Source: the human T2T-CHM13v2.0 reference genome, Homo sapiens. Taken from it: a DNA stretch of 64,000 bases. The DNA lies in NCBI RefSeq assembly GCF_009914755.1, contig NC_060928.1; one strand, written 5' to 3'. Positions 49,995-64,000 of the stretch are shown here, piece after piece (within the stretch, counting starts at the first letter, position 1; each line of letters starts with the position of its first letter). A program made the translations under genes and the position numbers. The notes below the pieces were generated by a model. The model was not told where the DNA came from and did not search any database. It was given only the letters and a program-made list of their open reading frames with translations.

Positions 49995-50350
49995 AGTCAC
50001 ACTTGAGTCCTTTGAGAAGAATATGCCAAGAAGAAAGTACTTCAGACAGTATTTCTTAGGGGAAAGGTCGGTGAAGGTAAACATAAAAAGGAGAAGGAGC
50101 TGGTAAAAGCCTCCCAAAGTTGGGAATAAAGGAACAGCAAAGTGAATTTGGTAGGAAGAGCCTCAGACTGCAGTACAGCTTGGAGACAGTCTCACCCAGG
50201 CTGATGGGAGCTTCAGAGCCAAGTTGCTCATTAGGGGAGTCCACATTTGGCAGGAAGAGCCACACTTAGTGCCCCTATGGTGCTCAGTCATTGGCTGGCA
50301 GCTGCTTGGGCATGTCTGGGCATGAACACTACAACGGATCTGAAGTTGCA
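49995..50350 (-). mobile_element. Old MLT1J/K-like LTR
   Basis: gcctcagactgcagtacagct, gagcttcagagccaag, tgctcagtcattggctgg. Confidence 0.55.
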
Positions 50351-50533
50351 GAAGTTGAAAACAACTTTTTTTCCCTTCAAATTTTATTTTAAAACCTACA
50401 CCTGTAGAAGAGTTGAAAGAATCAGAAAACAAACAATATTAAACTGTTTATCAATTATTAACATCTTTTGACATTTTCTTTATCTCTTCTTGTATATTTT
50501 ACTCTGAACAACAACAAAGAATCAAAACCTAAG

Positions 50534-50968
50534 TGTCATGCATGTCTGTGTGAAGAGACCACCAAACAGGCTTTGTGTGAGCAACAAGGCTGTTTATTTC
50601 ACCTGGGTGCAGGCGGGCTGAGCCCAAAAAAGGAGTCAGCAAAGGGAGATAGGGGTGGGGCCGTTTTATAGGATTTGGGTGGGTAGTGGAAAAGTACAGT
50701 CAAAGGGAGTTTTTCTCTTGTGGGCAGGGCCGGGGGTCACGAGGTGCTCAGTGGGGGAACTTCTGAGCCAGAAGAAGGACTTTCACAGGGTTAATTGCTC
50801 AGTTAAGGTGGGGCAGGAACAAATCACAATGGTGGAATGTTATCAGTTAAGGCAGGAACCCGCCATTTTCACTTCTTTTGTGATTCTTCACTTGCTTCAG
50901 GCCATCTGGATGTATACTTGCAGGTCACAGGGGATATGATGGCTTAGCTTGGGCTCAGAGGCCTGACA
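50534..50968 (-). mobile_element. LTR7-family solo LTR (HERV-H)
   Basis: gtgtgaagagaccaccaaacaggctttg...ggcttagcttgggctcagaggcctgaca; perfect 5-bp TSD CTAAG. Confidence 0.95.
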
Positions 50969-51509
50969 CTAAGGATGCACTGAAGACCTTTGAAAGGGAG
51001 CAGCAGGTTCTCTCAAAGGGCACTGTGCATGGTGCACTCCCATGACAGCCACGCCGGAAAGTCACAGATTGAATATGTGGCAAACTAGTTCAGATCTGCT
51101 CTGCATCATGCCATCTCTATAAATTTGTAAAAGAAAATAATTCCATAGGGATGCGATGCAAATAATACTAGCACAGTCTGGGTGTATCATTAACAGGGAA
51201 ATTGTTATATGGGCAGGGATAAAGCAGAGAATTCCTGCAAGATCTGCCTGTCATGTGACCAGATCTGGAAAGCACTGTACCTGTCAGACAACTAAACTGC
51301 TTGAACCCTTAGAAAAGCGAGGGACTTTTTTCATTCCTACTTGGGGAACAATTGAACATCAGAAGCAAGAAGAAGGCCAAGTAGAAGAAAGACCTCAGCT
51401 CTGCACAGGGCTTAGAATAGAGCCCAAGCTCTTTCTGTTGGCCTATATTTGCTTTCACTTTTGCATATTTTCCAAAGCTTATTATGTTTTTAGTTTCTCA
51501 AAGATTGGA

Positions 51510-51845
51510 AACTCTTCTACCCCAGAGACTTTGCATTAATGTCTCCTCTGGCTAGAATTTTTTTCCAAGGCTTTTTACCATGGCTGGCTCCTTCCCCTCT
51601 TACAGGTCTCAGACCTGCCTTGAATATCTTCTTTAAAGAGGTACCTCTGTTCTCTGTTCTCTTCTCCATTACGACAACATGTGAGCATCCTTCAAAATGA
51701 TTTGTATTATATAGTTATGCACAGACATGTTTTTATACAGGACTTTAAATGCATTAGGGCAGCAACAATATAGTTTTGTATACATATATACACAAAATCA
51801 TAGCATAACAATACATATCTGTTGAGAAATTATTCAATGAACTAA
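51510..51845 (+). mobile_element. L2 3' fragment
   Basis: ctttgcattaatgtctcctctggctagaat...catggctggctccttc...caggtctcag. Confidence 0.5.
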
Positions 51846-52843
51846 TGAAAAGCTAAGTATATCTTAACATTTTATATGCATCACAAAATACAAAACACTG
51901 CCCTCTAGAAAGGTTGTAAAATTTTATATTCTTAGAACCAGTTTATGAGAGTCCTTATTTTCTTCTTGTTCCTTGACAATAAATTTTATGGCTTAAAAAA
52001 AAAGTTGTTCATATAAAGAAAAATAGAATTCATTACTGTTTTGATTTGTGTTCTATTGAATTTCAGTCAGGTTAAGTATGATTTCATGTATGTGGAAAAT
52101 TTGTACTTTTTCTATCGTAAATTATCTGTTCATTGTTTATTTAAAAATATATTCAAACTGTAATTTAGGTAAAATATATATTATGTCTATAAATAAAATT
52201 ATATGATGTCATAAGAAAGGATGATGGAGATCATTCAATGACATGAAACATCCATGATGTATCAAAATAAGACTTGGCTATTATGCAGGAAGGAAGAGAA
52301 AAAAGCAACCTATCACCAATGCAGCTCTTCTATAAAAATGCTTTTCTGAAATTTTTTAAATATTTGGATGCATGTGATAGATTTTTTTTAATTTCAATAG
52401 TATATGGTGGACAACATTAAGTAGTACTAAATAATGAAATGATTTTCTGTATTGTGGAAAGCAAAATGAAACAAAGCAAAATAATTATTTTATAAAGCAA
52501 TGATACAAGTAAATGATAACGATTAGTTTGCTTAAAGAAATTATATGAAAAGTGCTTAGAATTTTGGAGGCACTGGTTTCTTTTCTTCGACTTTTAAAAT
52601 GAGCAGCTTTCTTCAGTGATTCTCCTGGTTTCTTCCTCCGGTTACTTGCTAAACTTCTTCCTGGAATTTTAATTCACTCACTTTTCCAAAATTGTCACTA
52701 TTTCTCATTGTTAACTTCAAAATTTGTTAAACCCTTGATACGTTGAGACTAAAAACGGCCATTTAGTAGATTCTGTCTTAAAATTTTATATTACTTTGAA
52801 ACACACTGTCTTCTTTACAAAGCCACCATCAATATGTCATCTA

Positions 52844-53735
<892 letters not shown>

Positions 53736-53937
53736 TGTTACTAGAAAGGGGTCCGATCCAGACCCCAAGACAGAGTTCTTGATCTGGTGCAAGAAAGAAT
53801 TCCAGGCAAGTCCATAAAGTGAAACCAAGTTTATTAGAGAAGTAAAGAAACAAAAGAATGGCTACTCCACAAGCAGAGCAGCGGTTTCGGTTGCATGACT
53901 GAGTATACTTATGGTTATTTCTTGATTATATGTTAAA
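53736..53937 (-). mobile_element. MER41 LTR 3' fragment
   Basis: Reverse-complement homolog of 28385-28562. Confidence 0.88.
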
Positions 53938-55701
53938 TATATAATAAGAAAGAATTTTAAGGCAAGTAACATGTTTCATCTTCCAGCTCAAGAGCCCCCA
54001 TTCTTCTCTACAGTTGTGATCTCAAGGTGACTGCAAGCTTAATAACTTTGTCTTCACTATGGCTTGGTATTTTTGTGATTCACATTGCTTCCCTGGATGC
54101 AAGGGCACTATATTTAACTAATAAACAATTTAAATAAATGGAATTTTATTACACAGTATATGCCCTTTTTTGTGTAAATATACAGAAGCAGCTCGATAAA
54201 TTTTATTTAAAACTCAGAGGCTAAAAAGGTAATTCTGAAGGTGTGTACCAACATGAAGTTCTCCATATCTAGGACACAGATTCGAAACTATGTCTATGCT
54301 CATAATTTGGGTGAAGAGGTAAAGTAGCATCAACTTAACAGACGTCAGTTTCAAGATGACAGAGAGTGACTTAGAGGGAAGTGAACAGTAGTTTGGGGAA
54401 GTATAGAGACACATTCCTGACCAGAATAACTAAGTTTGAATTTGTGAAATCAGTTACCATTTTCTTGGGAATCTCATTAATATCTTAACAAGAAAAACTG
54501 GTAGAAGACTTTTATAATCAATTATTCATTGAGCACCTTCCATGTGCCAAATGTTTCATAAACTCTCAGTGATACAGCAATGAATAGGACAAAGGCCTTG
54601 TCCTTACATATTTTGTATTGTCATATATAAATTCCATAGTTAAATCGGGTAAGGTTTTTAAAAATCATAAATGTTACGTTTATTGAAAATGTAACTGATC
54701 AAAGACTGATGACACAAAGAAAATGGAAAGAAATTGGAAAAGGGAGATTAGAATATAGGGTCAAATTCAGTACCACAATCAGCATACTATTATAAGTATT
54801 TACTACAGCATACTAAAGACTCATTGCTATGCTAGGAAATTTATTATCAGGATACTACCTCTGTATAAACACCTTCCCTTAAGCTCATAATGCTCTCAAA
54901 TTGGATTCACAAGTACAAAAAAGAAGCTAAAAATAAAGGTTGACTAGCATTTAAAAATATTTTAACTCACTCTGGCAATTCTGATATTCATAAAAATATA
55001 GAATTGTAATAATCATTATTCCTAGAGATAAGATTACAGCAGGCTTGAATTTTGTGTAGTTTAATGTTCACTTCATTGTATGCCTATGGAACACATACTA
55101 ACTATATGATAAACACTGTGTAAGTCTATAAGAACAAAAACATTGATAAGGCATTTTGTCTATCTACAGAAAGCTCCTAGTATTATAGGGAGGAAAAAAG
55201 TAGATGCAAAATTTCTAATATATCTTAATTATTATGACAGAGGTCTACAGCAATTGCTGTACTGGAGAGTCTTAATTATTTGCATGGTATTTTTTATATT
55301 ATTTTAATCATAAGCAGAAGTAGTCAATATTTAATAGCAGATAAAACATAGGCTTGACCAATCCGAATGGACCCTATGGAAAACTATTAAAAATATCTTG
55401 GTGCAAACTTGATGCATGTCAGCCCTGATTATGAGCTATGGGCTATCATACCTCTATTTTCCTAGAAATCATAAGCTCTTGAGTCTAATATTTGTGATCT
55501 CAGTAACTATTCTGTATACGGTAACTAAGAAAAATGCTAAGTACAAAGAAGCTGATAGGAAATAGAAGATAGATATCTCACTATTAGTAGTAGCTTAACT
55601 GTTGTATGAAGCTAAGGATTCCATTGAATTTAAATTCCCATAACTCTATACACAGGTGAAAAAAACATAATTGCCAAAACATGCTTTCTCTCACAATTTT
55701 T

Positions 55702-55923
<222 letters not shown>

Positions 55924-56289
55924 TCTCTCACAATTTTTACATCTTCTTTATGTGTTATTAGTTGTCCAGAGATAATGTGTTATCAATTATAATAGTTATC
56001 AAAGTTAAAATTATACTTTCATCAGTACATAGCTGTTTTTAATAGATGTTGTTATCTTATTGTGTTTACAATTAGATTGAAACATTATTCAGAGATTCTT
56101 AAGGAGAAAAACTTAAAATAATTTCAGCCACAAGGCCATCACCTGAAACAAAAGCATTTTAAATATCTAATCACTAATACTTCATCAAATTTCTCTTGCA
56201 TTTTCTCTCTCCTGGAAATATTGCTGGTTTGTTTGCTTGTTTGTTTTGTTTACAACTCTGGGTTTTACAGTGAGTTTTAACTAATAGAG

Positions 56290-56490
56290 CTTGAATTCAT
56301 AACCAGATTCCACAGCTATTGACTAACACTGAGTATGTTACATAGCCAATATATATACCTCAGTTTTTCCATCTACAGAATAAGGATAGTGGCATCAAAA
56401 AGTAGAAATGTTATGCTATTAAAAAATAACACAGGTAAGACTCTCAGTGTGTGGATGGCTCATTGTTTATGCCAAATAAATAATAGCTGA
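56290..56490 (+). mobile_element. MIR
   Basis: cctcagtttttccatctacagaataaggatagt core. Confidence 0.6.
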
Positions 56491-57382
56491 AAACTGTACA
56501 AAAGCTTTTTTTGAAAAGTATTTTTGCAGGTATTTGAAGAATGGAGCTAACTAAAATTGTTTTGCATTTGTTAACATTTAGTGTTTCTTAGTTTTAATTT
56601 ATTTCTGCAGCATAAACAATTGATATAAGGAGGGGGGAAAATCCCTCAAAGGTTACCTTTTGAAAGCTTGTTGTAAATGCAGAAAATAACTCCTTTACCT
56701 AGGGAGAGCTTGTGAAGATTAATGAGTTGTTTCTTTGGGTTCAAGTTTTCCACATGCACTGGGTCCACTATGGTGATACAATTAATTTCACAACACCAGG
56801 GTTTTGTCATCCAACATTCTCGTACCATGCATCTATGATAAGTATTCTTTAATTAAACCTCAAAATTTGCCACTGTTGTTACCTAGTGCAGCTGGAACGT
56901 AGATATACCTCTGTGGACCACAAAGGTTTTAACATGCAGCTGGGGAAGCTTAATAATAGAATGTTTACAAGAAAGCCTTCTGGTTGGTGTCCAAAGTTCT
57001 TAAAACTTTTAATAAATACTTCTATCTAAAAAACAAATTATAACAGGGGAAGTAAGGAACTTGTGTTTCTGTTCATAGCTTACAGAGGGCAACAAGGTAT
57101 GCTCCCTAGCCAAGGAGGGGGGAACTTTCTTTCATGATTCTCCTCAGCTCCCAGCTTACTGGCAAGCACCTAGATAATTACTTTCCTGTGAATACAGCCG
57201 AGGATAACTCTTCTCTTAAGGACTTGGGTACAAAGATGCAGACGAGATAGGGTTGGTTTCATCTGATGGTCATTGTTCCAGCTTTATAAACTTAGTAAGC
57301 ATTTATTTGCATCTCATTTGAACAGTTTTGGTGGATCTTTTAATCACAGTTCAGTAACAGAATTAAAGTATACATTCATTCA

Positions 57383-57717
<335 letters not shown>

Positions 57718-57829
57718 AAAGGTCCTCAGTAATAAGCATAGTTTGTCTTGTTCTTGAATTCATAATTTTGTTCAATTCCCTTCTAGTGACTCGCTAAAAA
57801 TTAGGGTGTAAAAATGCAATCTGCTGCAA

Positions 57830-58030
57830 TGGCTGAGAGCACAGACTCCTTTTTGTATTACATATTCATTATGTAATCTTAGATAAGCAACTCAAATCTC
57901 TTGTCCTCAATTTCCTTATCTTTATTATGGGAATAATAGTCAAATTTAACTCATAGAGTTGTTATGAGGATTAAAATAAATAAAAACCACTTAGTAAGGT
58001 AAGAGGTATATAGTAACCATTCTAGTAATG
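57830..58030 (+). mobile_element. MIR
   Basis: cctcaatttccttatc...ctcatagagttgttatgaggattaaa core. Confidence 0.7.
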
Positions 58031-60591
58031 GTGGTGATGAAGAATTAAATGATAACTAGTGATAAGTGTATAGTGAAGACAGAAGAAAGGTGAGCTACAG
58101 AAAAATTATTTTAGCAATCAATTATAATGAGAAAATGGTAAAATCTGTTACAAACAATATTTCCATCTCAGATTCTCTGGAGAAAAGCAGAATGAAAGGT
58201 AGTTTTTTCTGTCCTCACACGGCTCTGTTTTTTTTTTTGCCTCAGAGCACTGTTGCTACATGTCTTTAACGAGTTCTAGACCTTGAGAGGAAACTATAGT
58301 GGAAGAGATAAGTGGCAAGTATGTACCTAGTTGCTTGTCAGGTTAGAGGAGTGAAATATGCTTAATGGCAGAAATACCAGAAGATGAATTTGAGTTGCTT
58401 CTGAGAGTCCAGGGAGAACGTTGGATTTCTGAGGACCCTAAACCAGTAGGGGTACATGGCGCATCTCCGGAGACTGAAAACTGAATCTTCTATATAAGAC
58501 AAAAATACTTAAGTCCAAACTTGATATGTTCACAACAGAACTGTGTTGGCAAGGGTAATGCAGGTTTGAACATGAAGCCTGACATGTATGGTAACCAGTG
58601 TGAAGTGAAGACAAGTTTGTCTCTTTAAACATTTCTGGACTGCATATTGGTGGAATTCTAGAGAGACCTCTAAAATGGCTGACAGTGAGCCTCAGAAAAT
58701 CAAAGTAATAAAAAGAAATGAAGTCAACCTCGATCCAAAAGGAAGTTAGTCTCAGGCTCTATCTCCTCTCTCTCTCTCTCTTTTTTTTTTTTTTTTTTTT
58801 TTAAATCAACAGACATTCAGTATCCTGAAAAGAAGAGATAAAGGCTTCAGGCAGAGGGCAGCAACAAAAATGGAGGGTGCCTCTTCATATCTGAGATCTT
58901 GCTTCCTGAGACCATAGAGTAAGGCAATTACCTCGAAGATGAGGGAAACACACTAAAATTTTGGATCATGGGAAGAGCTCTGTATACTGAATAAGAATGA
59001 GTATTGATTTAGTTGACATTAAGCCAAAAATAGTTGTTCTTCAAATTAGTTAATGCAAATTAAATGATTCTCCAGATCCAAAATATTTTTTCTCCCAGGC
59101 TTAATGTTCTGGGCTAAAATAAATTTTTGATTAAAGAAAGTTTTCCATAGAATCTTCTTTTGTAAAAAGGAAGGGATTGATTTTTAATATATACTGCCCT
59201 TAGATATTCTTAAGAGACTGTCCTTCACACACCCCTATTGGCTTTCACATGGAAATATTTGTGCTGGTGGAAAACTGATTCAGGACAAGATGTACGTATT
59301 AGAAAGATGTCTCCTCCGTGGTTGGGAAAGGATGTAGTAACACAGGCAGAGAATGTAAGCAATGATTTTTCAAGTCCGATTGTTTACCAATGAAAGAGCA
59401 TGGCAGAATAGTCTATTAAGATATTAAGCCATGTTGTGTTCTCTATGAGGGTAAGAAGCCTGGAACACATGAGAGATGAACTTTATCACACATACTCAGC
59501 TGCTGATTACCCCTACTCCAACGTATTAATGCCAAGCTGTAACTTTTGAAAATTTCAGTTTAGCATGGAAATAATTTTGTATTTTTATAGAATGAAAGGG
59601 GTTATATAAGAGGTTCTATGGTGGAATGTAAATGACAGGAAGAAGAATTTAGGGGATGTTGTAGAAAATGGGATCGTCTGCCTAGGTCACCTTTCAAGGA
59701 ATAACTTGCTGGGTGTCTATGGGGGGTGCATGAGTAGATTTCTTTCATTTGTCTGCTTTCTCATACTCTTCAGCAGCTACAGAGAAATTCCTCCTGCCCC
59801 AATGTTATTCAGTGGAGAAATAATAGTCCTTTCATCAAATGGTGATAGAACAATGGGTGTACCTATATATTTTTTAAAGCATTGATATATATATAGATAC
59901 ATATCACTCATACATTATTAAAAATAAAATTATTACACATGGATCATAGATCCAAATGTAATACATAAATCTGTAAGACTATGAAAACAAAACAGGTAAA
60001 AATCTTTATGAACTGGAATTAGGCATGGAATTTTTTAAAGTGTCACCAAAATAAATCCATAAAAGAAAAAAAAACTGAAAAATTGGACTTCATCAAACTC
60101 AGACTTGGAGAAAATATTTCAGTCATATATCCAACAATGGATTTGCATCAAACTATACAAAAAAACCTCTCAAAACTCAACAGTAAGAAAACAAGTAGCC
60201 AAATTTAAAAAATGAGTAAAACGTTTGTCAAGACTTTTGTAAAGAGGATGTATGGATGATACAAAAATCTCAGAAAAAGATCTTCAACAAAAAATGCAAG
60301 CTAAATCCATGTACATATGAGAATGGCTATTTTTTTTTAAAGTCAACAATATCTAGTACTGTAATTGATGCAGAGCAAATGGAAATACCATATATTACTA
60401 GTCAGAATATAAAACCCTACAGTCATTCCAGCAAACAGTCTCAATTTATTTTAAATTCAAACAATTCACTGATTATATGACCAAGTAATTCCATTCCTAG
60501 GTATTTACCCTAGAGAAATAAAAACTTATATTTACACAAAATCTTTTACATAAATGTAAAACTGAAAACAACTCAAATTTTCTTCAATGAG

Positions 60592-61322
60592 TGTTATGAA
60601 CTAAGTGTGTCCCCCACTCCAAATTCATATTTTGAAATCTTAACCCCTAATATGATTGTATTAAGAGGTGGGGCCTTTTTGAGATCTCTTAGTTCATTTT
60701 ATGCATCTACAACAGAATAACACAGACTGGGTAATTTATAAAGAATAGTTTATGTAGCTCATGTTTCCCAGAGACTGGAAGGTCTGAAAACATGGATTCA
60801 GCATCTGGAGAGGGTCATCCCATGGTGGAAGGGTTGAAGGTGAAAGCAAGCACAAGAGGTAGAAAGAGGTATCAGGAACCACACTCATTTTAACCACCAA
60901 CTCTTGCCAATACTGACATTAATCCACTCGTAAGGGCTCCACCCTCATGACATAATCGCCTCTTATTAGGCCACACCTCCCAGCACTATTGCATTGGGGA
61001 TTAAGTCTGCAACAGGTAAACGTTTTGAGGGCACATTCAAGCCATAGCAGGAGATAAGTCATGAGGGTGGATTGTCACCAGAGATATTTGTGTCCTTATA
61101 AAAGAGACAACCAGAGAGTTCTCTAGCTCTCTTTCTGCCATATGAGGACACAGTGAGAAGACAGCCATCTATGGACCCAGGAAGTGGGCTCTTACCAGAC
61201 ACCAAATCTTTTAGTGCCTTAATTTTGGACTTTGTGGCCCCCCAGAACTGTAAGAAATAAATTGTTGTTTAAGCCACCCAGTCTATAGTATTCGTTTGGA
61301 ACAGCATGAACTGATTAAGACA
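60592..61322 (+). mobile_element. MLT1A-type LTR containing a nested MST LTR
   Basis: tgttatgaactaagtgtgtccc...gtttaagccacccagtctatagtat...ctgattaagaca. Confidence 0.85.
60685..61049 (-). mobile_element. MSTC-like LTR
   Basis: cagactgggtaatttataaagaa...cacattcaagccatagca; TSD tgaga/ggaga. Confidence 0.8.
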
Positions 61323-62072
61323 ATAGATAAATGAATAAAATTACTGTTGAAGATGCATACAATGGAATACAAGTCAGTTATAAACATATTAACTGGTATA
61401 CACAACAACTTGCAGAAACCTTAAAGTCATTAAGCTGAATGAGAGAAGCCCTCGCCATAGATACCAAAACTTATGATCTTATGTATGGTATATTCTTGAA
61501 TAAACTTAACCATAGTAATGGGAAAAAAAAAAAATCAGAGGTTGCCAAGAGTTAATCATGGGGCAGATATGACAAAAAGGGACAGCAAAAGGGAGGTTAT
61601 TTTGTATCATCACCGAGATGGTAGTTATACAAATTTATACATCTGTTAAAATGCATAAAACTGTGCACTAGAAAAAGGTAGTTTTACTACATGACAGTGT
61701 AAGCTATAATACAAATTACACATATAAGGAATTGCCTCTATTGTCCAAATGATACCTGAAAGTGTAAGTGTAATATATATATATTTTAAAGAGTTTGGTG
61801 GTTATTGATAATTTAAAAAATAAATGTAGGACTTATTCAGTTTATCTGTTTTGTCTTACATGACTTTGGTAGCATGTATACATTAAGAAATTCACTTATT
61901 TTACCTAAATTGTCAAATTTGAGGGCATCGAGTTGTTTTTGGAATTGTTTTACTTTGCTCTTGATGTCTATGGGTTCACTAGCAGTGTCTCTTCTTTTCC
62001 CTGCTATTAGAGATGTAAGTCTTTTGATTATTTCTCTTGGTCAGTTTGGCTAAGAATTCATCAATGTTATGA

Positions 62073-62400
<328 letters not shown>

Positions 62401-63143
62401 CAACTTTTCATTTGATTGATTTTTCCCCTTTTTCTATTTGTATAAATTTGTAGGGCACAAGTATAATTTTGTTACATGAATATATTGCACAGTGGTGAAA
62501 TCAGCGCTTTTTGATTTTCTTTATTCTTTTTCTTTTTTAATTTTTAATGATTTCTAGTTCATATTTAATTTCTTGCTCCTGTTTGCTTCGGATTTAACCT
62601 GTTGTCCTCTTAGTTTTTTAAAGATGAATGCTTATGTTACTTATTTTAAAACTGTCTTCTTTCTAATAAAAAACATTTAGTGCTATAAATGTTCCTCTCA
62701 ACAGAATGTAAGCTGCATCCCATATATTCGATTGGTTGTATTTTCATTTTTATGATGGTCTAAATACTTTTAAATTTCTCTTTACGTATTCTTTTTGACT
62801 CCAGAGTTATATAGAATTATGCTCTTTAATTGCCAAATATTAGGATATTTTTAATATCTTTTTATTATTGATGTCTAATTTACTTCTATTATGGCTCAAG
62901 ACATACTTTGCATGATACCTTTGCAATAAAATTGGTTTTGTGGCCAAGATGTATAGTGTTTAATGTTCCATGTGCACTGCTGTTGTTGGGTAGAATGTCC
63001 TATAAATGTCAATTAGTTCAAGTTTTCTGATGATTTTATAAAGGTCATCTATAACGTTACTGAATATGTCTGTGTAATTGTTCTGTCATTGCTGAGAAAG
63101 CTCTGTTGAAATTTCAAGCTATGGATTTACCTATATAACTTTT

Positions 63144-63149
63144 TGGTTT

Positions 63150-63240
<91 letters not shown>

Positions 63241-63276
63241 TCCTTCTTTCTTTCTCTTTTCTTTCTTTTTTTCTTC
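63144..63276. repeat. (TTTC)n microsatellite
   Basis: Directly visible. Confidence 0.95.
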
Positions 63277-63361
63277 ATGTGTCTGGACACTGTTTTTAGA
63301 AATATGCACATTTAGGATTGATATGTCTTGTAGAATCATTCTTTTCAGATAATGTCCTTTC

Positions 63362-63505
63362 CTTTTTTCTTTTTATTTATTTTTAAAATTATTATTATTT
63401 ATTAAGCACAGAAAGGGTCTCACCATGTTGCCCAGGATGGTCTCATACTCCTGCCTCAGCCACCCAAGAGCTGTGATTAAGGCATGATCCAATGCACCCA
63501 CACAG
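63362..63505 (-). mobile_element. FLAM / Alu monomer fragment
   Basis: gggtctcaccatgttgcccaggatggtctc... Confidence 0.65.
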
Positions 63506-64000
63506 GTAATATCCTCTTCCATGCCAAGATATAAGATATTATTTCTTGTTCTGAAGTTTACTTTGTCTTATATTAATATAGATATTTTAGCTTTGTTTTG
63601 GTTGATAATTTCATTGTATGGATTTTTGTCCATTGCTCAATAGATAATAATTGATTTTAATGAAATGACTCCCAATGTAGAAATACATTTATACTAGTGT
63701 ATTTTTATTTAGCTCTATGCTGTAGTGAAAAATATTTTATTACTGACTATGCTTTTAAATTTTGGATTCTGTAAATGAAACATTAAGATTAAATTTTGAG
63801 TCTACTTATTAATATAACATGTGACTATCTCTAGATCTCCAAAAATGTAACATGCAAAAAAAATTTTTCAAATTATATTTTGTATTCTATTAAGCCCTTT
63901 ATTGATTATCAACAATCCTGTCGACACTAATTTGGCTTTCTATGTTTTGTAAAATTTTGACGTGCACTAATGCATATATGTGAAGAATGAATTATTTTCT

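Larger units (their letters stand above)
59810..61720 (+). mobile_element. L1MC/MD-like 3' region, interrupted
   Basis: aaattggacttcatcaaa; ccattcctaggtatttaccctagagaaataaaaac. Confidence 0.75.

Overview
AT-rich, repeat-dominated primate DNA. It is almost certainly human, because it carries an AluYb8/Yb9-type insertion. I found no credible host protein-coding gene, RNA gene or CpG island: the listed ORFs are transposon remnants, microsatellite translations or chance ORFs. The window is unusually rich in LTR elements: solo LTRs of MER9, THE1, MER41B, MER51, LTR30, LTR7 and MLT1/MST types, a full THE1B element, a near-complete HERV-L provirus (gag-pro-pol-dUTPase, TSD ACTTC) and a HERV-W derivative. 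It also holds a near-full-length old L1, two 5'-inverted L1s, a full-length Tigger1, Charlie1, MER20 and many Alus. The most unusual structure is the HERV-W derivative at 44590-46434. It has no 5' LTR and is instead bounded by 33-bp terminal inverted repeats made of the U5 end of the LTR, with CTAG on both sides. Subfamily names come from recalled consensus sequences, not a database search, and boundaries of old repeats are approximate.
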